Positions 39,437 to 50,708 of a stretch of 64,000 nt of DNA are shown piece after piece; the first letter of the stretch is position 1; each line of letters opens with the position of its first letter. The position numbers and the translations under genes are program-made. The stretch spans positions 1 to 64,000 of the forward strand of contig NIVC01002742.1 of NCBI GenBank assembly GCA_002269645.1. The letters run 5' to 3'. The stretch comes from Macrostomum lignano (lineage: Eukaryota). Below the pieces are notes generated by a model that saw nothing but the letters and a program-made list of their open reading frames with translations, searched no databases and had not been told where the DNA came from.

Positions 39437-42400
39437 ATCCATGCATGTACATGTACAGTAATTCGTCTGCATATTTTACATGCATCTCCGACTTCAGTGG
39501 ACACCATTCATGGCCTCCTGGGGTGCGGAGCTTCTTTGAATTGTAGTGATCCGCTAGTTGGTGTTAGGCGTCCCACTTTGTCAGCAGTTGCCCTTGCCCT
39601 CGCCCTCGCCCTGGGTTGCTGTCTGCCGCTGGTCAGCTTCCCACCTCCCTCTTTTGGCTGTCTGTTGCTGCTCCCTTCCCTCCCTTCTGCCCGTGTTGCC
39701 CTTCGTTTCTCAGCCCTCAGCTTCTCTGCTGTGGGCTGTCCTTGTTTCGTCAGTCTCTGTTTCCCTGTCATGTGAGCCAGTCACATGACAGGCCTTGCTT
39801 TCTTGGAGTCTTAAAGTGCAGTAAACATGTCACGAGCCAGTCACGTGCTTTCGGACCCCTCCCTTCTCTAAGGAGAGGAGTGACTCATGTTGCTAAAAAT
39901 AGCAACTGAGTCACAGCCGCGTGTACTCTGGCCGGAGACCTCAAGTGACGTCAGTTCTAAAAATAGAACGAGTCACGAGGTCTTGCGTGCACTATGGAAC
40001 GAATATGGAACGAATTATAGGTGCGATCTAGGAAATCAAATTAAAGAATTTCATTTTCCTGTGTATCACTTTTACTTTATTAGTACTACACAGATATCGA
40101 ATACTGTATGTACCGACATGACACTACACAGTACTACACAGATAATACTACACTAATAATCAAGTAAAAGTGTGGCACAGGAAAAGGGGTATACAGGGGA
40201 AAAATATCGAGAGGAAAAATTGTTCTGCATTCCTTTAACTGTGAAGACATCTGTAGTTGTTACATGTACGACACAGTCTTGCACAAATTTTTAGATAGAC
40301 ATGAGATCTCGTATTGTTGTATTTAACAACGCATAGTAGAGAGGTCCTCACATAAAAATTGTATAAATGCATTTCATAGGTCTGCTAGTTTGGCTTTGCA
40401 TACATGGCCTACTGTTTTGATTTACCGTGTATTTCCAGGAAAAATACCAATATTCTGTGGCAGTGGGGTTGCCACCATTTAATAATATTTTAAAATTTTT
40501 CTATTTTTTAATTGCGTGCCATCTTTTTGTAAGTTTCCAACCCTTGCGGCCAACGGCAGACGGTGCGACCTCACCCTTTCCCCCCCCCCCCGGTTGGCCC
40601 CGTGTTTGGACCATTGGTTGTTATAGTTTTTTCCTTAGTTGGTCAATATAAATTTTCACCGGTTGAGTTTTAATAATTTTGTGTGTATTTTTGCGGCTTT
40701 TGTTTTATAACCTGAGTATGAACCCGTGTGTGGCCCAGGCCCAGGTGTTGATAAGTCCTGGCCCCACACCTGGGAATTTTATAATTTTCTTTGTATAAAT
40801 AAGTGTGTTTTCGGTTGAATTTCTTCAACCCTCCCCCCTTTTTTCCCTCCTTCCCCCGTTTGTTTTCTCCGTTTTAGTTTCCGCTCGCGCTTGTGTTTTC
40901 GTGTGTTTCAGTTACAGTTTAATTCATCCTTAGTTTATTAGCGCACCGGCGCCCACGAACTCATTTCTGTCTGTAGCTTAATTTTCTTAACAATAATAAC
41001 CTGCTTGATTTAGTAACTTTCTTTGCGTTAATAATAAACAGACAGTCAATTAATCCGTTAATACTCATCCAGTTAATACAAGCCATAGCCTATCTTGAAT
41101 CCTTTGCCCGTGGGGCGTAAAATAACCAATCAGCCTCATCTCAAAGAAAGCTCTGAGTCCATTAAACGTTTCGTAATACGTAAATTACGGTGGTGGTAGC
41201 AACTACCCTACCAAAAGTAACAAGTTCAACACTTCGACGCATTAATTTACGGAGGCAGAAACTCCGGAGTTCCTACCACTGAACGACCGTGCCGCTCTAC
41301 GACCGCTCCGCTACGATTACAACTACCCTCCCCCCGGACTTGAGAACCCGGCAGTCTGAGTAAAGGAGAAGAATATTTCGTTGTGATTCGTCTGCGCGAT
41401 TTTCCGGTTTTATTCGTGCGAACGCAACGCTATCGGTTTCGAAGAATTACCGGCCGACCTCTAATATTCAAATTTTTGTTTTCTCTTCTCCACCCCACCT
41501 CAATTCAAACACTAATTAACTTAATTAACGAAATTATATATTTATATTTTTACTTGCAAATTCATCATTTCACCCTGGACAAGCTTGCATTGTGATAAAT
41601 TGTTATTGTCAAGAATTACAAATAACAATTTTAGGCAGAATGCCATATGGCGATAACATTCAAATTCTATATTATTAGCTATATTATTAGACTATTAGTT
41701 AGGCCTAGGCTTATATAGATTAGACCAAAGTCAGACTGCTGTTAAATTCATTTTGTACAAATAACGTTGTTATTTTTTATTGATATAATCGGTTCCTAGC
41801 GCTTTTCAAGTAGTATATAAGCAGCATAAGCGGAAGACTGTAGTTTAAACTAAACAAAACTTTTTTCATGGTGATTCATTTTGGGTAGACCTAAAAGTTA
41901 TTTTGTCAGGCCCTGGACTTTGGCCCTTGCTATAGGCATGGGGCCTATGCATAATGCCATTAAATGCTATTATATACATAGGCTCTAACTATACTACTTA
42001 ACCCTTTTAAGGCTAAAGAAACCTAGGTCTAAAAAGTATTATTGTAAATAAGTTAAAAATAGTGGAATAATCAAGTTTAAATCAATATGCATTAGGGCCT
42101 TGGGCCTATTGCAATACAATTCTAAACAATAAAAATATTTTTATAGGTGAACACATAAAGCCTTTTTAAACTAAGCCATTTAAGGCTAGGCCTAGTCTTG
42201 ATATTTAGATTAGTCATTTTAACATTAAATCATTTTTAATCTTATTTGGCTTTTGTGGCCATCTGGCCATAAGTTGCAAAAATGAACACCTGAAAGAATA
42301 CAGATGTAGTATAGTACTAATGAGATAACAAGGCATTTATAGCATTTCTTTTATAAGTAAGTTGCATTTTTGGTCAAAAAGTTAGTCATATGGCCAGTCT

Positions 42401-43477
42401 GTGTAAATTAGCAAGATTGCACATATATATATATATATATATATATGGCTTTTACTATTGGAGGGTCATGGCACTAGTATTTGAAATCCATTGTAAATTT
42501 CCCAGTTCCCCTTTTTAAGCAACTGTCTTTGTGCCATTCCTGTGAAAGATAATTTTTCTTTCAAGTTGTTAAAATAAACCACTTATTTCAAGCCTTATTA
42601 ATATAACTATATATTTTTTAATGTTAGGGTTATTTTTATAGTAGGCCTAAAGCAAGTGGCTAAAAAAGCATAAAACACTGAAGATGGTTTAGTTTATTTG
42701 GGCCAAAAAATTACTTCTTCATATAGTAATTATAGTCCCTATTATTATTATAGCGCATGGCTTAGGTATACTAGATGCCTAGCTTAACTATGCTGCAATA
42801 GCACCCAAGCATACATGTGTAACAGTCAGCCAAGTTGGCCGATCTGGCCAACCAACTTAGTAGCCAACCAAGGTAAGTTGCATTTAGCCTTAATAGGGCA
42901 GTAAGAGTTAGGCCCTACTCCTGCCATTTATCCAAAATTGCATTAATTTTGCTTTAGTTTCTTCTATAGGTAAGTTGCATTTTTGGCCAAAAACTATATC
43001 ACATTTTTTGTTAAAACTAACTCACACAGCCAACCAAAAATTTTGGGTTGCTAAAAATGAGTTGTTTGTGAGACATGGGTAGGTAGGTAGGCATGCAATA
43101 GATTTTAGAAATGAAGAGCTGAAAGCAGAATTTAGATAACATTAATATTTCATATATATATATAGTTTATCGTAGCAATAAAACAATTTCCTTTTACTAT
43201 ATGTATTTTTCTTAGAAACATCTTACTTAAAACTTCAAATTTTACTTAAACAATAAATTCTTAGCACTTTTAAATAAAACAACCAATGCAAATGCCAACA
43301 GCTTCAATGGATAATAGAATGGACCCTATTGCAGCTAATGGCCATTATTGTAGATAGCATCTGGCATAGATTGGCCCTTTATAATGTAGGTACAATCTGG
43401 TGAGCTAGTGCAGTCTGGCACAGCAGCAATAGTGCAACTAGAAATTTGTTGAGAGGTGGATTCTGTAGGGTAGAGAC

Positions 43478-44963
43478 CAGTGTTGCCACCACTCCGATTT
43501 TTTATTGCTCAGCAATAATTTCGTCTATTTTGCTCATTTCCTGCAATTTTTTGTGGACACCAGTCCTTTTCAACTTTTTTTCAAGTACTGTGTTTCATTT
43601 TGTGCTCAATTTAAGTGTCATGAATGTCATCAATATAGCGTGAGGCTGTGCAAGCCTCCGGTTTTGAAGCTCAGCGAAAGGAGATTGAGCATGCTGTGGT
43701 CAAGCGAGCACTGAAGAAAGTTGCTGACAAAATGGCTCGGCAAAAGAGATAGCCAGAGTTCGGCGCTCGATCTGTCCTGCCAAAGGTTCCAAAGAAAAAA
43801 TGAACATCCACTGAAGAGCCTGCAGTTTTGCCTGACTAATGTTTGACTAGCCAAACAAAGATTCACGTAAAGTATTTCTTCCCCTACAGTAACCGACATT
43901 GATCAACAATTAAAATATTAAAAGAATTCATTTCAGCTATATAGAATTGAGAACAGATTCAGAAAACTGGAATATAGCACAAAATTTAGTTGTAAAATTG
44001 TTATTACTCATCAGCGGTCGTAGGTAGCATCTTGTGTTTTAGTTGGTTGCTTGGGTCGGTTCCATAATGAACATCAGTAATCTATATTATACACTCAGCA
44101 ACAGTCAAAACTGCCACCCTACCGAGAGAGGTGACTTCTCTCTCACCTCAACTGCAAGTGACGTAACTTGCGCCACAGTGTGGCTAAAGCTGGGTGAGAG
44201 TGAATGCAGGAGAGGGCAATCAGGGGATGCCCCATCTGCTTCTTTCACCCCACATTAGACAGAGCAGGGTGGCTGGCGCAGTCAGAGTTCGCCTGACAAT
44301 CCGCAGTAGACGTTGATTTGCCCTGGCTATTGAGCTGCAGAGATTATGGCGCTGGCTGCCTATGGCTGCGTGCTGAACACTACCAGTATCTTGGGACTTA
44401 GTTAACAGCGCTCGAATTGTTGAACGTGATCGGCCAAATCGGTGAGCAACTGCGCTGATGGATGCACCAACTTCTAGCATGCCAACAGTGCGCCATCGTT
44501 CAGCATCTGTCATATGCCTGACCATTGTCACATGTACTGTTTCATCCCCAACCCCAACCCCAGTCCCTTTTCTACTCTCACCCTGGAATTCACTCACACC
44601 CAGCTTTAGCCACGCCGTGGTGCAAGTTACGTCACTTGCAGTTGAGGTGAGAGAGAAGTCGCCTCTTGGTAGGGTGGCAGTTTCGACTGTTGCTGAGTGT
44701 ATGTATGCCTGTCTTCCCTTAAGAAAATGCTTGTGTTGTATGACTACTTCACTGATTCGGCGTAAATGAAAGTTGCATGCAGTTATTGCAAATTGTAGCA
44801 GTTTTTTAGTCAAATAGAAGATGGAATTAGAAATAGAAAGCTAAAAAAAGAAAGTTGTTTTCGCCTACTGACACCTTTTTCTCTATGACAAATAAGAAAT
44901 TTGTTCCTGCGATTTTTTTCTTATCCTGCAATAATTTCTTTGGTTGCTGTAGTGGCAACACTG
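43478..44963. mobile_element. Non-autonomous hAT-type element with nested Tc1
   Basis: 12-bp TIR CAGTGTTGCCAC / GTGGCAACACTG; perfect 8-bp TSD GTAGAGAC (43470-43477, 44964-44971). Confidence 0.88.
44092..44699 (-). mobile_element. Tc1/mariner deletion derivative retaining the transposase N-terminal HTH
   Basis: TIRs of about 125 bp starting CACTCAGCAACAGTC, TA at both ends; MTDAERWRTVGMLEVGASISAVAHRFGRSRSTI. Confidence 0.88.
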
Positions 44964-46069
44964 GTAGAGACCCAAGGAAGACAAAGGGGGTGGCTCTGTT
45001 TTTGGCAAAAATTCACTTGATCCACCTTTGATTTTTAGGCATTTGCCTAAAGGGAGGAGGTTGGTTGTGCCACTGTGCAGGAGAGGGGGGCATCTGGCAT
45101 AGTTTACACAATAACTACAATAAAGAGAATAAACAGTAAAACTAAAAATGCAAGTGGTATATTTTTTTGCAATTGAGTTCTGGTTGGTGACACGTAGTAA
45201 AAGTACAAATAGGATAAAAATGGAAGTTTATTTAAAATAATTTTTGACTACTCAGCTATTGGACAAAAATTTCTCAACTTTGAGTATAAGAAAAATAGCG
45301 TTGAGTACTCAACTTTCAAGAATCAAGTCAAGTATTTGTTGGAACTCTAATAGTAAGCATAGGCCTCTAACTATATTTATTATTATGCTTCTATATAGGT
45401 AGAGCCTTTGTCTTATTATACTATAATTGTGCTTAGTTATAATCTCAAGATATGAATAAACTTATGCTATATACAATAATATTAATTAATTGTTTATAAT
45501 AGCCTAAGTAGGCCTTACAGTTTTAATAATATTGAGTCATATAGGAAATTCTAAAACTGCTACAAAAATTATTGATGAAGTTTTGTCTTGAAATCTATTT
45601 GAATTATTCCTGTAATCCTAGAAAACTCCTTTAAAAAGTCTTCAAAAAATTCTACATATTGTTGCTTGGAATTAGAATCTTATCAAATCATGTATATATT
45701 TAACCTTTAAAATTATACTGGCTACAAGACTTAGATTTAAATAAAAAAAACAGTTTTGAGAGAAAATTTGAAATCCCTTGTATAACATAGTTTGTTCCTT
45801 TTGCAACTTGCCTTGTCTTATTCTCCTTTTGCTTCTTGTTTTTGTTTTTTCCATTTTTTCTCATATCAGTTTTCATTTTTTATCATCTTGCCTTTTCCCT
45901 TTTTGTTTCTTTGTTTTCTTGTCTTTTTTGCTTCTTTGTCCTCAATTTTGTGATTTACCCTTGGTCTTCCACAAATTATGCTAGCCAGATTGGCTTGGCC
46001 AGCTAGCAGTTGCATATGTACTATACACAGAATGCAGACAAATCCTAAAGTATGTAGACAAAAATCTTA

Positions 46070-47270
46070 CAGAAGGCAGACAAGACATCTCTGAATGCAG
46101 CCAAGGAATCCCAGATAATAAAGTCAAGAAATGCCAGAAAATACACTCAAGAAATCCCAGAAAATGAAGTCAAAAATCCCAGTGAATGCACTTAGAAATC
46201 CCAGAAAATGAAGTCAAGAAATCCCAGATAATAAAGTCAAGAAATCCCAGAAAATGAAGTCAAAAATCCCAGTGAATGCACCTAGAAATCCCAGAAAATG
46301 AAGTCAAAAATCCCAGTGAATGCACCTAGAAATCCCAGAAAATGAAGTCAAAAATCCCAGTGAATGCACCTAGAAATCCCAGAAAATGAAGTCAAAAATC
46401 CCAGTGAATGCACCTAGAAATCCCAGAAAATGAAGTCAAAAATCCCAGTGAATGCACCTAGAAATCCCAGAAAATGAAGTCAAAAATCCCAGTGAATGCA
46501 CCTAGAAATCCCAGAAAATGAAGTCAAGAAATCCCAGTGAATGCACCTAGAAATCCCAGAAAATGAAGTCAAAAATCCCAGTGAATGCACCTAGAAATCC
46601 CAGAAAATGAAGTCAAAAATCCCAGTGAATGCACCTAGAAATCCCAGAAAATGAAGTCAAGAAATCCCAGTGAATGCACCTAGAAATCCCAGAAAATGAA
46701 GTCAAAAATCCCAGTGAATGCACCTAGAAATCCCAGAAAATGAAGTCAAAAATCCCAGTGAATGCACCTAGAAATCCCAGAAAATGAAGTCAAAAATCCC
46801 AGTGAATGCACCTAGAAATCCCAGAAAATGAAGTCAAGAAATCCCAGAAAATGAAGTCAAAAATCCCAGTGAATGCAGCCAAGAAATCCCAGAAAATAAA
46901 GTGAAAAAATCCCAGAAAATGAAGTCAAAAATCCCAGTGAATGCACTTAGAAATCCGAGAAAATGAAGTCAAGAAATCCCAGAAAATGCACTTAAGAAAT
47001 CCTAGTGAATGAAGTCAAGAAATCCCAGAAAATGAAGTCATGAAATCCCAGTGAATGCACTTAGAAGTCCCGGAATATGAAGTCATGAAATCCCAAAAAA
47101 TGAAGTCAAGAAATCCTAAAAAAATGCACTTAAAAATCCCAGTAAATGCAGTCAAGCAGTGAATGCAGCCAAGAAATCACAGTGAATGCAGCTAAAAAAT
47201 CCCAGTGAATGCAGCCAGGAAATCACAGTGAATGCAGCCAAGAAATCCCAGAAAATGCAGTTAAGAAATC
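46070..47270. repeat. 44-bp higher-order repeat (21+23 bp) AAATCCCAGAAAATGAAGTCA-AAAATCCCAGTGAATGCACCTAG
   Basis: 44-nt period in the core with degenerate flanks. Confidence 0.93.
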
Positions 47271-48139
47271 GCTTAGATTGCAGTTAAATTTTATTCAATT
47301 AATAGGATACAATTTTAAAATGTCCAAGTAATTTTCATTTTACATGTTTTTGGCCCAGCGCCAGCAAGCCCTGTCAGGTAAGTAAGATCGTGTTTTACCT
47401 GTAAGTTTCTCAATTTTCACTGCAGTTTATTAAATAGAAAGTCTCTCCTTTCCTTTGCACTCAGTGAATAATTAGTAATGGCTACAATTGGGTAGGAAAA
47501 TGGCAGCACTGAGGATTTTTGTCCCAGGTCGGGGATGCGAACCTGTTCTGCTTGGACTATGCTTTCTCCGACCCACATTTTGGACTCACCACTTCTTGTA
47601 GAAGTAGAACCGGCCCTGTCTTGAGCTTGTTTGCTTTTTCTTTTGCCAAATCTCAATACCCGGATGGCTCTGCATCTGTTTGGGCTTCTCTGCTTTGTCA
47701 AGGAAGCCTACTGTAGGTGGACGAGGTAATCGGTTATGGCGAAAGCAGTGCACAGAAATGCAGCAGTTTTATTCCTGAATTATGGAGAGAAATCTAAGCT
47801 AAGCTCTTTGTATATTGGCCTCCTTTTGAATAGATCGATACAGTCATCTGCTTGAGGAAGGGGAGGTAAGGGAGAATGCAGTCAGCTCCTTTGATGCCTG
47901 CCGACCAAATAAAAGAAAGCGAAATGACCAGATGATTCTAAGCTGACGCTGAAGCTTAAGTCTGGCTAACAGGCTCTCAATACTGTCATGAAAATATTCT
48001 AATAGAATGCTCAACTTTTTGGTGGCTAAAGGTAAGCTAAAATATGCATTGACCATTGCATTGAAAGTTGTAGCATATTTTGTGTATGTAATATTCAATG
48101 TAGCACAAGACATGTTATTACAGGCACAACAGAATAGCC

Positions 48140-48690
48140 AAGAAATCCCATCGACTGCAGACAAATCCTATAGGATACAGACAATAAATCCCATAGACAT
48201 CGGACAAGAAATCCCATAGAATACAGCCAATAAATCACATAGACTGCAGACAAGAAATCCCGTAGACTGCAGACAAATCCTATAGGATACAGACAATAAA
48301 TCCCATAGACATCGGACAAGAAATCCCATAGAATACAGCCAATAAATCACATAGACTGCAGACAAGAAATCCCGTAGACTGCGGAAAAGAAATCCCATAG
48401 AATACAGACAAGAAATCCCATAGACTGCGAACAAGAAATCCCATAGAATACAGACAAGAAATCCCATAGACTGCGGAAAAGAAATCCCATAGACTGCGAA
48501 CAAGAAATCCCATAGAATACAGACAAGAAATCCCATAGACTGCAGACAAGAAATTCCATAGACTGCGAACAAGAAATCCCATAGGCTGCAGACAAGAAAT
48601 CCCATAGAATACAGACAAGAAATCCCATAGACTGCAGACAAGAAATTCCATAGACTGCGGACAAGAAATCCCAGACTGCAGACAAGAAGT
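48140..48690. repeat. 23-bp minisatellite AAATCCCATAGACTGCAGACAAG
   Basis: Tandem units with an AATACAGAC variant. Confidence 0.92.
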
Positions 48691-49255
48691 CATATTGAGT
48701 TCAAATCATCACCTTGTGCTAAAGATGAATTTACATTTGCTCTCTGGGTTTAACTGTAAATTAAAAACATTAGTATTTTTCTGCATTCTATAGCGAAATA
48801 TGTTTATAGCATAAGTCTTGACGTTATGTCAGGCGAACTATAGCAGGCAATTGGTGGTGCAGAAGCTAGTGGATAATCTGGGCGACAGACAGACAGAGAG
48901 AAATTGGGGTCCTTTTTATTGGAAAGCGGAAACGGTCCTGACCCGAAATATGGTCGCGGATATATATATATAAAGCTCTTTCGCTTACCCCCCTCCTCCC
49001 AAGCCAGACAGTTTTGCAATAAAAGTGCAGTGCAATATCTTTTAGTTCGTTTAAAATTGGTCGAGTTTGGCGCTGGGATTGTTGACGCCCCTGGAATTAT
49101 TTAGAAATTCATTCAAAGCTAACTATAATAGAAACTTTTTTATCACAACTTGTATGAATTTTTTATGATTGCTTTGCGAAATCTGTCACAGCCTTACATG
49201 CAACTTCTGCACATTTAATTTGTTGCATTAATTAATTGATTACGTATGTTAATTT

Positions 49256-50362
49256 GTGCTAGCGGCTCAAAATCCTTATCTCAGTGGGTGTGTGCTAGCA
49301 GCTCAACATCCTTATCTCAGTGGGTGTGTGTGTGCTAGCAGCTCAAAATCCTTATCTCAGTGGGTGTGTGCTAGCAGCTCAACATCCTTATCTCAGTGGG
49401 TGTGTGTGTGCTAGCAGCTCAAAATCCTTATCTCAGTGGGTGTGTGTGTGCTAGCAGCTCAAAATCCTTATCTCAGTGGGTGTGTGTGCTAGCAGCTCAA
49501 AATCCTTATTTCAGTGGGTGTGTGTGCTAGCAGCTCAACATCCTTATCTCAGTGGGTGTGTGCTAGCAGCTCAACATCCTTATCTCAGTGGGTGTGTGTG
49601 TGCTAGCAGCTCAAAATCCTTATCTCAGTGGGTGTGTGTGCTAGCAGCTCAACATCCTTATCTCAGTGGGTGTGTGTGTGCTAGCAGCTCAAAATCCTTA
49701 TCTCAGTGGGTGTGTGCTAGCAGCTCAACATCCTTATCTCAGTGGGTGTGTGTGTGCTAGCAGCTCAAAATCCTTATCTCAGTGGGTGTGTGTGTGCTAG
49801 CAGCTCAAAATCCTTATCTCAGTGGGTGTGTGTGCTAGCAGCTCAAAATCCTTATCTCAGTGGGTGTGTGTGCTAGCAGCTCAACATCCTTATCTCAGTG
49901 GGTGTGTGCTAGCAGCTCAACATCCTTATCTCAGTGGGTGTGTGTGTGCTAGCAGCTCAAAATCCTTATCTCAGTGGGTGTGTGCTAGCAGCTCAACATC
50001 CTTATCTCAGTGGGTGTGTGTGTGCTAGCAGCTTAAAATCCTTATCTCAGTGGGTGTGTGCTAGCAGCTCAACATCCTTATCTCAGTGGGTGTGTGTGTG
50101 CTAGCAGCTCAAAATCCTTATCTCAGTGGGTGTGTGTGCTAGCAGCTCAAAATCCTTATCTCAGTGGGTGTGTGTGTGCTAGCAGCTCAAAATCCTTATC
50201 TCAGTGGGTGTGTGCTAGCAGCTCAACATCCTTATCTCAGTGGGTGTGTGCTAGCAGCTCAAAATCCTTATCTCAGTGGGTGTGTGCTAGCAGCTCAACA
50301 TCCTTATCTCAGTGGGTGTGTGTGTGCTAGCAGCTCAACATCCTTATCTCAGTGGGTGTGTT
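49256..50362. repeat. 36-42-bp minisatellite GCTAGCAGCTCAAAATCCTTATCTCAGTGG(GT)n
   Basis: Unit length varies through an embedded (GT)n. Confidence 0.95.
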
Positions 50363-50561
50363 TAACATCAAAATTTTTAAACAAACTTCATTTATTATAA
50401 ACTTTAATGCGTTAAAAGCGAAGGACACGGACAAGAAGGATTTCAAAACACGAATTGCAGCAGTCAACGATCGAAGCAACGACAATAGCAGTGGCAATAG
50501 CAGCAACTTTACGCTCGTCCTCAAGCAGCAGCAGCCGGCAGCAGCAGCAGCAGCAGCCAGT

Positions 50562-50708
50562 ATGAGCATCGGCGGAGGCGGCGGCGGCGGCGGCCGGTAC
50601 CAGTCGCAGCTGTCGCTGGCTGTCGCCTCCGCCGCCGCGACCGATGTGATTCGCAAACAGCTCCGGGGACGTCTGAAGGCCGCGCTGTGTCGCCTGTTTA
50701 AGGAAAAG
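50562..50708 (+). CDS. SOS: SOS exon 1 (start uncertain)
   Basis: ...[17 protein letters not shown]; donor aag|gtacgg. Confidence 0.75.
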
